Below are positions 38,836 through 48,558 of a stretch of 48,558 nucleotides of DNA, piece after piece. The DNA is from Bigelowiella natans CCMP2755. Its lineage: Eukaryota > Protista > Cercozoa. Position numbers and translations under genes: made by a program. The notes below the pieces were generated by a model. The model was not told the DNA's origin. It did no database searches and was given only the letters and a program-made list of their open reading frames with translations. Where the stretch lies: contig ADNK01001987.1 in the NCBI GenBank assembly GCA_000320545.1, positions 1-48,558 of the forward strand. The letters run 5' to 3'. Position 1 is the stretch's first letter; each line of letters begins with the position of its first letter.

Positions 38836-39873
38836 GACTCTCCATTGTCCCCTGCCCCAGGACCACGTGGGATGGCTTAAACCAGAATTCGAGGGCGTTG
38901 CATCATTACGCAGCGACGGCAAGAATGAGAACAAAGGTAAGAATGACCGGATGGTACTCAGACGTATCACCATAGAATATGTCCAACTACACTCTCAAAG
39001 TGACACTGCTTCCTCGATTGCGTGTTAAGGATGAGATTTTCTTCATTGTCCTTATCAGTTCACGACGTTAGCAGTGGTGATGGGAAACACGGCCATCATC
39101 ATCGCCAAGATCCAAATCAACAGGTAAGAATATATAGCATCTAGGAATCGATTATTTGTACTATTGGAAACGTGTGTGTCTCGCATTTCCCGGCGCTATT
39201 GCAACAACAACTACTTTCTCCAATTATTTCTTCTATTACTACTACTCAGATTGACATCCAAAGCGTTGAGAAAGAATTGTCGCAAGAGGAAATGTCTGGG
39301 TGCATTATTTCTTTATTTTATGATTACATGCACAGCTCGCCACTCCCACTTTTCACATATTAAAAAGAGGAAATTTAGAGAAGAGAAGAAGAGAAGAAGA
39401 GAAGAAGATAACGTGAGGACAACACCCACAATTTTGACACTGTCTATCCGTTTTCAATTCACGATGCAGTTAGCTTTGTGTTGCTAGAACGCGAAAGAGA
39501 GCAGGTGTCTTGATAAATGCGGAGATATGATATTTCCAACGATACTGATGCTGGAGACAACTTTGCTTATATATTTATCTTATGGAACTGTTCTTGGTCA
39601 GTCTCCCGCCGTTGCCCAATTTTGGCGCTGCTGCTGCTGCTGCGGCTGCTACTACGGAAGAGGAAGGAGAAGGAGTTGAGAATATGGTGACGACCAGCGG
39701 ATCTCCGGGTCACGACCAGGGAAATGGAGAAACAATCGCTAATAATTCTCCACAACAACAGCAACCGTACAGCAGTATGATGCAAGAACCGATCATGGGT
39801 AGGTGATAGAAGCAAAATGCCTTCAGTATTCTCCGCACACATCTTTCCATCCGCCCTCTGACCTTCCTCTCTC

Positions 39874-39912
<39 letters not shown>

Positions 39913-40016
39913 CCGCGCGCGCCTTTTTATTAGTCGAACACATTAACAAACCCGGACAGCATGACCAGGACCAGCAGAGTCACTCGTCGACGCCATTGCG
40001 TATGGAGCTCAAGGGC

Positions 40017-40051
<35 letters not shown>

Positions 40052-40142
40052 CCAACGCCGTAGCAACAGTCCTCAGCAAGGCTTTGTTGCTGCCGAATAC
40101 CTCAACGATGATGATGGGAGCAGCGCCTTCGATGGAGACCCA

Positions 40143-40148
<6 letters not shown>
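38581..40148 (+). CDS. Hypothetical signal-peptide protein, possibly single-pass; 3' exon structure uncertain
   Basis: MARRCPIIAAVLYLFIAVGEAG signal-like start. In-frame GT-AG exons ..IMKSK|DHVGWLKPEF..NK|VHDVSSGDGKHGHHH..QQ|IDIQSVEKELSQEEMSG, then a hydrophobic stretch near 39530-39600. No recognisable domain. Confidence 0.5.
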
Positions 40149-40178
<30 letters not shown>

Positions 40179-40272
40179 TGTTAATAGTAGTAGTGGCGAT
40201 CGGAAAAGTGCTGGCTGTAGGAGGCACCTGATGTTCACAGATTCTTGTTTTCACACACACACACACACACAC

Positions 40273-40314
<42 letters not shown>

Positions 40315-41359
40315 GCATGCAAACATATACAGCGCGAACACAGTCCCAAATATTCAGCTTTTCGCTTTATTTACCAACATAATTGTGACGTAATTGCTGA
40401 GACTTGGAATGACGCAATAGACTCTGCTGCAGTGTGAACACAATGCCTCAGTTAAATTGTCAGTAAATGAATGCACGTTCTGTTTTTGTCGTTGTTGCAA
40501 AGATATACTCTCACGGACGAAGATTTCGATTTGTCAAAGATGGAATAGAAGGCGGTCAAACATGATCTTATGCAAATTCGCCGAAGGCGAACGGCGTTCT
40601 CTTCGTTAAACACCCTTTCTTGGTAAGAACGGGGCGCAAGTCTGTCGAAGTAGTCAATATGACATCTTCCTTGCTAACAATTCAGAATGTGCGTTTACTT
40701 CAAAACGAACGCTTCTTTACGCGAACAGAAATACATTACTGACTATGTTGCATGCATGTGGGAACTACTAGACTTCTGTTGAAATACACGCAACCGGTGA
40801 CAACCCATTCATTTTCCTTCTTATGCATATTCGCTCCCTCTTCCTTCTCTGTCCGCCTATATATCTCTCAACTTGTGTGAGTGTGTATGGTTTCGGATAT
40901 AACGTATAAATATTGAATGATTGGGCATTGTTGCACTAAACAATAGCCATATCAGATATCGTGGCGAGGTTTTCGCGCATGCCCTTTGTCAGCGACAGTC
41001 ATGCTACTAGTATAGAGCGCTGCAATACCGCTGCTTAAAGTTGAAGATGCAAGCCGCCCGCACACACATTTAGTTGAAACACAAAGGAAAAATCAATGGT
41101 AGCTAGGCCAGCATGCAACTTTGAAGTGTTTCTATAGTTTAGCTTGTTTGTCAAATATATCATGCAGTAGTATCTTATAAATGTGTGCTTCGCGTGGCGG
41201 AACGCTCTGGCCGAAAAGCTGCAAGATATATCTTGCTTGATCTTATTGGTGGCCAGTCACTCATAGTAGCCATTATTTTCGATCGCACAAAGTGTGAAAC
41301 TGCTCGACTACCATCCACGTAATAGCCTTGTTCATGAGAAGTACCATCGCAAAGTAAAA

Positions 41360-41777
41360 ATGGATAAGAGGGGTAGGAGAGTGAGTAAGAATTCACGGAA
41401 TGACCTTTAACAGCCTTTCAAGTGCTGAGAATGTACCATTCAAAGGTTTTATACATCTGTTGAATCTATTTTACCTGTCCTGGTGCTAAACGTGCTAATC
41501 GAGGCACTATGCCCTTGTAGAGAGCCAGATATCTAAATAAATCGAGAAGGGATCAGGCATTCCGTTGCGTGGGGGAAACACCCATCGTCGCACCTCTCCA
41601 GCACAATGTGCATGTCTAACTACATCCTCCTCCTCCCCTCTACTGTCGATTCTTGGCCTACCCCTCCTCGCTCCAAATCCTGAAGTAGGCATCTACGAAG
41701 CCTTTGTATCTCCCACGTCCGGCTGATCCAGATCAGGAGGTTAGTCATGGACAGGTCAAACGTTGTAGCAGCAGTAA

Positions 41778-41812
<35 letters not shown>

Positions 41813-42102
41813 ATAGTCGTCCAAATATGTGAGTTGAGTCCTGGATACGCCTCATAGAATGATGAAAATTGCTTCCGGCGGCCACTCCTCGACTACGGCT
41901 ATGCAGCATGGGAACACAGAGGTATGAATAGGCGGCTCGGTAGTGGCGAAGAATCATCAATGTGTTTCCACGGCAACGCTTTGAACACTTGCCCCTTTTC
42001 ATTTTCAAATCACATCATCCCCATTCTATTTGTATCGTAGGCTCAATTTTGGGGGAAAAGCAAGCTTTGAAGATACTCGAAAGCAAATACTATGATAACT
42101 AG
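41360..42102 (+). CDS. Candidate small micro-exon gene, hypothetical
   Basis: A chain of short ag|..|gt segments (41414-41445, about 41689-41739, about 41858-41921, 42041 onward) can be joined in frame. It needs one 41-nt intron and one GC donor, so it is tentative. Confidence 0.25.
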
Positions 42103-43150
42103 ATCATTAGCGACTTTATTCTCCCATGCAATAAAGTAACTACATTGAGAAGCACAATGTATAAATGCTCCCATCTAGCCATATAAAATCTTAATCATGC
42201 GTGGTTGTTTCTTCTTCTAGATTTTGAAGAAATGAATTGCGTGCCCATTGTCGTCATGCACGTTCTCATCGTCACAATAGGCACACGCCTAGACATATGC
42301 ATAAAATAATTGAATGCACAATGAAGTGTGTACACACTAATACAGTGCTCCAAGCGTATCATAATTTCCCTTTCGCGCATTAATTTACAAGAATGTGAAC
42401 GATTGTAGTCCTACCTCTGTGGCATCTACGTCAACCCCCAGCAATGTGTCAACTATTTGCGAGACATGAATGAGTGAGTCACAATGATGTGTGGCGAGCG
42501 AAACACCGTGCTAGCATGCGCAAGTGTGAGTCTACGTGCAATGCATGCATGGTGAAAGATGAACAATTTTGCTTCTTAAAGACGCACGCTTCAATTAAAT
42601 CAATGTGGCAACGCTACGGCTGATGCTATTTAGTTCATTTCTACTACTAGGTGTGCTCCATGCACAGATAGCGCATGCCATCTTTACACTTAAACAACGG
42701 AGCAACTTCAGCAGCGGCAAAGAACGAAGTAGACAGTAGGTGTCATCTGCTCGTCTGTCAATTCATGAATCATTGTGCAGCCGCTTGTGAAGCTTTTACC
42801 CACGCTACAGCTAGTTCCTGACGAATTTCGCAACATGAGCGGGCACATATGCACGCACACAATCATTGTCACTGATGGTATAAGAATAAATATATAACAA
42901 TCTCAACTTGGACATAAAACGCTCATCACATTCTTACATGATTGTCTATTTCTTCAATATACTAATTCCTATCAAAGCGGTTCCATGAGAACACCAGAAA
43001 AACTGTAACTGTACATACTTTGCATTGGATTTTGTCTTTGGAGCTCGATCGGGATTATCCAACCACCCAAATCTGTACACATATTTGGCATTCGTGAGAT
43101 GCCTCTAAACAAACTTAAAGTGTGGTGACTATAACTACGACTTGATTGAC

Positions 43151-43184
<34 letters not shown>

Positions 43185-43259
43185 TTGTCTCTTTGATTAA
43201 CTTCGATAAAATTGTTGTAGGAATTTAAGTATGCGGACGTTTTCCATCATATTTTGGTG

Positions 43260-44285
43260 CTAAAACCATCGGTTAACGTCTTCTTCTAGCATCAATAAAT
43301 TCGGGTATTTAAGCTGCGAGAGTCCCATGCCAATATCATTTATTATTGCTGAGGTTGATTCTTCTCCGGCTCCGATTGCATGGCTACTCAGAGGCGTAGA
43401 AAATTCTTGCGAAGAAAGCCGCACAGTTGTTGAAAGCTTCACATCTTGTCCAACTCCCCCCGCCTCTTTCTCTACCCCCCCCCTTCTGCACTTGTTTCCG
43501 TACGATTCAGGCTCATCGGACGAGGAAAATCTTTCGTCTGGCAGCTTCAAATCTTGCACAGAAGTTGTATTTACTTGACGAAGATGTGGATAGGGGGACA
43601 GATCCCAAGATCCTTCCTCTTTTTCGAGAGTATTTTCCAATGGTGGAAACTCCGGCTTGTACTCGTCAGCATCTTTCTGCCACGGAAGATCCGCGAAATT
43701 TTTCCCGTCGATAGATGACCCAGATCCCCGAGATATGTAAAGTTTATCATCGAGAGGAAGTAGTAGAGGGGAGGAGGCTTCATACTGTCGCTCATCAGCA
43801 GCTGATGAGTCGCACTCTGAATGCAGGGTTCTGTACAGTTGCTCAGTTGACAACTTGCCATCTCCATCGTCAATATCCATCGCTACAGCCTCCGCAGCCT
43901 TCGAGTTGTACACACTTTTCGTTAGTCGGAGCAGCTGTGGAAGTTGACCTGCAACATCTTTGCTCTTGATTGCCGCGTTTTTGCGAGCCTTTGCGGTTCC
44001 CTTGCAATACTTACCGACATGACGCATCATCGTGAAACAATCATAACCTGGCCGTCGGCTATTCTCAGGGCGTCCGATTGTGATAGACTTGGGGCAGAAG
44101 GGACAGGACATCTTGAAGTGAGCCTTGTAGGGATGAATCTTACCCTCAGCACTGCAACATTTGTCACACCAGCCGTCAACGTGTGTGCTGCCGCATGCCT
44201 CACATCGATCGAAGCTTGGTTGGAGACCTTTGAGCTCCTGGTTTTCTTTCACCGCCTCCTTCCTCGGCCGGTTGCAGCTGCTCAT
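43260..44285 (-). CDS. Intronless 341-aa protein with N-terminal Cys-rich zinc-finger-like motifs and disordered acidic tail
   Basis: Long open frame that is not SSR-derived: CEACGSTHVDGWCDKCC and CPFC-x24-H-x4-C (CPFCPKSI..MMRHVGKYC). Confidence 0.7.
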   Translation of the reverse strand: MSSCNRPRKEAVKENQELKGLQPSFDRCEACGSTHVDGWCDKCCSAEGKIHPYKAHFKMSCPFCPKSITIGRPENSRRPGYDCFTMMRHVGKYCKGTAKARKNAAIKSKDVAGQLPQLLRLTKSVYNSKAAEAVAMDIDDGDGKLSTEQLYRTLHSECDSSAADERQYEASSPLLLPLDDKLYISRGSGSSIDGKNFADLPWQKDADEYKPEFPPLENTLEKEEGSWDLSPYPHLRQVNTTSVQDLKLPDERFSSSDEPESYGNKCRRGGVEKEAGGVGQDVKLSTTVRLSSQEFSTPLSSHAIGAGEESTSAIINDIGMGLSQLKYPNLLMLEEDVNRWF

Positions 44286-45444
44286 TATGTCCTTTTGTAC
44301 GTCACTTCCGAAGCGTTTGGAGTATGCGATTAAGTACGATTAAAGAAACGTTGCTTGCACGTGCTGCAATACCGGATATTCCACGAATCACATGCATTTC
44401 GCTGTCAAATTGCACTAAAAAACACGACTCTTCGGAGTTCTAAGCACCTCGCGTGACACCTCAAGCGTTCCGATTCCTAGCGATACACGTCATAAGAAAC
44501 CTACAGATGCCATTTCCTCCCACACACAATGTTCGTTTTGTGTCTCAGACCAAAAATTCCCTTCCAGCTCCCTCAAGGAGAGCTTATGAGCAGATTGGCA
44601 GACATGATTGTACTGTGATCAGCAATCGGCTCTTCGGAGCAACACAGAGGGTGTGCTTGTCCCGGACGTACACAATGACCTTGCATTGCAATTTCGACGA
44701 GAAAGTTGGAAAACCCCATGTCTTTGTTTGAGGCCGAGCTACGAGACCGACGAGATTTACACATCTTTAGCTGGAGGGTAGGATTTTGATCTTCTAGGGT
44801 TTAGATCTACTAGGGTTTGAGAAGTTTGCCCGAACTTTCTCTTCCGCACTGTACAAAGAAAGTTCCATTGGTTGCGAGACTCACTCGAGTCTATTTTTAA
44901 TAGCACAAGCACGCTCGGCTCAACCGCAGGTCCCCCAATCAACCATCTCAACGCGAGACATGAAAATCATTTGACTTTGAGGATGAAGGCATCAGGTGTT
45001 ACCGAGGTGCGACTTGGGCATTGAAGAGGTTCGGTTGTTTCATTGGGTACGACAATGAAGCAACTTAGACTCAGGTCGAAATTCGATTGAAGTCGATACT
45101 GAGAAATACACCGATTTTCCTAATTTGCACCTGCATTTTAGAACAATGACTTGGAATTATCGGCTCGCAAATGATTGCGAGTGAACGATCACTAGGAGTC
45201 TAGGAGTGCAAGTCTTGTCTACAAACAGTTTTTAAAAGATTTTTGGAAATAAAATCAAGTCGCTCTGAGTTAATGAACGCTATTATCCATGAGACTTACT
45301 GTTATCTTCTGTAGTTCTGACTAGATATTCTTCGGATGTATTTTATCCCAAATCATTCGAACGCACAACAACACCAAAACATCCGTCCAACTGATCAAAC
45401 GAACGTATCACATCTATGGACGTTAAGGCTTGATCCGTAGCAAG

Positions 45445-46052
45445 ATGGCTAAAGCCCCCCGTGCCTCCCTCCAGCCCCCACCCTCGCCTAGCGGGCCAAC
45501 TGAGTATGATGACTCGTCCAGAGGTGCAATGTTCATATGGCTGTGCGTATGGATAGCGGACATCATCCTAGGTTTGTGCAATTAGAGGGAAACAGGGCTT
45601 GCAGCAGCTTCTCCTTCCTTTTTCTCTTTCCTTCTCAAACCTCACTTTCCTAAATTGTGCGCAAATACATAACCTTCCCACGAAATTTTTTTCGTTGGCT
45701 AACCTACTCGCGGGAAGGAAAACCGCTACCTCTCTTCCTCAAACCACTTCATACGTAGCAAGACTGATGACACTTCTCGGAAATGGAGGAATTGAGAAAG
45801 CACACCCATTCACTCGATATTCATAAGTATTTCTGCTATTTCAGGTTGTCGTATCGAGCACTACGCAAGCGTGATCATGGGAGGCTCGGTGCTATACACC
45901 TCCTTTCGGAATCAAATTATCACGGAAAGTTCGTCGATAGTAGTAGTAGCAGCAGCAATAGCACTTTTAGGAAAAAATTTATGCCCTCAAGTTTAGTTTT
46001 CAAGTTGTATGAGACGTGTATGGTGTCGTATAATATATAATTGACTGTTCCA

Positions 46053-46121
<69 letters not shown>

Positions 46122-46460
46122 ATTGGTGTGATGTTTTATGCCGGTACGAGATGACGCACCGCTCTCTTTTAAATTACATTGAAATTTAGAAATACGTGCA
46201 CACACCTCGGTATATATCACGATTTATAACATCTCACGTATACAATATACAACCAGATGATCTCAGCATGATCGTGTGCTTCGCGGGTGTGACGGCGTTG
46301 GTCTGCTACGTATTCATGTCTGAATGGATCGTAGCTCTCAGTGCTGATTTAGTGCTGCTAGGGTAGACAACCACGCAGCTATCCCTCTTAGTCTCCATCT
46401 AACCTCAACTCCCGATCATTAATGTGTAAATCTGGCTTAACCATCGTATTCGCCACCTCT

Positions 46461-46504
<44 letters not shown>

Positions 46505-48244
46505 TATGGTGTGGCTGCCATTTCGCACTTTTTCTTTCTTTATCAGATACGCGTCCTTCACCCTAACGAAGGCTGATGCAGTCATGATGCTGCCAATCTT
46601 GTGCATCTTCAACACGCTGGTGGCCCCGGTAAATGGAACATCACCGATCAAAGCGAACCTCATCATCATCATCAGCATCATTATCATCACCATCATCATG
46701 TCCCCTTTAAATCTCAGTTGTTTAGTGGGATCCTTGTCAGCCCTCTTCTCTTGTGCATAAGCATCGGTATTCTATACTATTTCCTCCTCCCACCTCCCAC
46801 TCATCATCACCATCATCATTGCCATCATCATCATGTTGTTGTTGTTGTTGGATCAAACCCCATATTGTGATGTCTCTTGGGATTGCAAGGAGCATTCAAA
46901 CATCTGATACTCAGCAAATATCTCTCTCTCTCATCAAATCTCTTTTAACTCTCTTTTGTTTCGTAGGGATTGGAGTGCCACTCGTGGCCATCTCAGAGTT
47001 ATCAGACTTCTCGGATTCCGGTAGGGGGGGGTGAGGGAGGAAGTGTAAAACTGTGAAATACAGGAAAGAGTGAAGGCTTTGATTGCTTGATTGCTAATCG
47101 CGAGTTTTTCGGATAAGAGAATATATAGAGTTTTTGGCACCGCCTCCCTCAGCCCCCCTCCCCCCTTTCCCGCTTTACACTTCTAATTCCCTAATGTTTG
47201 AATTGGTACCGCTGTTGATTCGATAGTCGAGGAAGGTAAGGATGGGCAGATCGAGCAGCAAATCATAGAGGCTGATGAGGAGGTTGTATTAAGCAGCTAC
47301 CTCACATTATATACCTGTTCCGATTGAAAATTTTATAAAATATGTATAGTATAGAGGGAAAAATTGATACAAACACACACCATCACGGTTGATCCAACCC
47401 CCTCATCATCCTGAACGTTCTTCAGGGCGGCATGAGCTTGGATTTCAGTGCTCTAAGCGAGTCTCTGGGAACTTCTGTACAGGTCGGTCAGCTAGTGCTG
47501 GAAGGGGGGGGGGGGTGAGATAAAAGATGATGATGATGATGGTAACGTGCGTGTGTGGTGGTGACAGTGGTAATAATGATGATGGTGTGCACCGAAGGCA
47601 AAATATTTCGCGTTTTTATTGCAGTATACGCGATTTATTTGTAAGCTTTCTCCCCTCCTTCCGTCGTACCCCTCCCTTCCTTCAATAAAATATATTCGAA
47701 TCTATATTTGACTTTATTGTTTCCATTTTTATTGCTGCCGCAGCTTCTTTCAAACTTCTTCTTTGTGCGGTCCATGGAGCTGATGTCGCTGATGTCGTCG
47801 AAGAAGCCCAAAACAGCAATCAACGATGCATCCGCAACAGAAATCTCATCCCCTCTCCCGCCCATAATCACGGAAAATAAAAGCGGCGAGGAGAGGGGTG
47901 AAGGAGAATTGAAGGCAGTAGCCGCACTAGCTTCAGTGATACAAAATGAGCCCTTGCCCTCCGACACTATTGACGATGAAACAGCTCTAGAGCAAGATGG
48001 GGTGAGTGGGTTTCTTCTCAAATACCGTCATCGATGACCCAAGACGTTAGAAACAACAAGATGTATAATTATCTATTCTCTTGGATATATCATTTTTTCA
48101 AACGATGAATCCTCTATCTCGCCGTTATCGGCGTCATCATTGAGTTTTGCGATGTCGATGATGGCATCCTTTGTGCCGCCAAATGTAACACACTCACAGC
48201 TTACCAACCAACCTATCAATCATAGCGTCCCTCAATATAGATGA
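45445..48244 (+). CDS. Hypothetical multipass membrane protein (about 11 exons) with acidic C-terminal tail
   Basis: Phase-consistent splicing: MAKAPRAS..AMFIWLCVWIADIILG|KPLPLFLKPLHT|LSYRALRKRDHGRL|DDLSMIVCFAGVTALVCYVF..LVLLG|YASFTL..LPILCIFNTLVAP|LFSGILVSPLLLCISI|GIGVPLVAISE..|..|LTNQPINHSVPQYR*. Family not recognised. Confidence 0.7.
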
Positions 48245-48558
48245 AATTAATGAAATAGGAGAGCATGGTCGTGGAGGGGGTCGTTCAAGGCACCGTGCTG
48301 GAGCCTGGTACGATGCGTCATTCATCGAGAGTGAGCGGCGAAGGAGGGGGGGGGGGGGGGGTGATAATGGGGGATGTTCCCAAGGGGTTAAATGAATATT
48401 GGTATTGCTAACTAAATGGACTTGCTGTCCGTTCTCCATGCGAATTATCTTACTCCCCCCCCCCTTTGAAACCCCTTTCAAAACGGCCCCAATAGTTTCG
48501 GAAACAAAAGGGGGAGGAAATCCCCCCCCAAGGGGCATTCGCTTTAGGGGGGGGGGGG

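Noticed and set aside
48300-48558. ORF 48194..48538 and G/C runs at the window end
   Set aside because: Homopolymer-rich, probably degraded read-end sequence with no recognisable protein.

Overview
Eukaryotic nuclear DNA: gene-dense, very intron-rich (GT-AG introns with weak donor consensus, many filled with microsatellites), standard genetic code. The style fits a protist or alga with a secondary plastid, possibly a chlorarachniophyte; this is an inference, not an identification. The ORF track is mostly SSR or antisense noise, so I assembled genes by splicing exons by eye, and boundaries are approximate. Left to right: J-domain/DnaJ-X chaperone with a signal peptide and an RLRGG motif (-, probably truncated at the window start); a possible small gene (-); an ANKH-family transporter (+, about 23 exons); a 2H-phosphoesterase (-); an unexplained hairpin-rich segment; a beta-lactamase-family serine hydrolase (-); a kinesin-6-like motor (+); insulysin (-); a BC-box-like + PITH protein (+); malate synthase G with a PTS2 (-); a short TCCTAGGA tandem array; two weak hypothetical genes (+); an intronless zinc-finger ORF (-); and a multipass membrane protein (+). 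No tRNA, rRNA or CRISPR array was found. I cannot demonstrate a multi-gene novel system. The best leads are the ANKH homolog with a large acidic loop, the RLRGG leader, the BC-box-like/PITH fusion, the PTS2-bearing malate synthase G, the aberrant kinesin, and GCTAGC/TGCA/CATG-rich spacers downstream of gene 3' ends.
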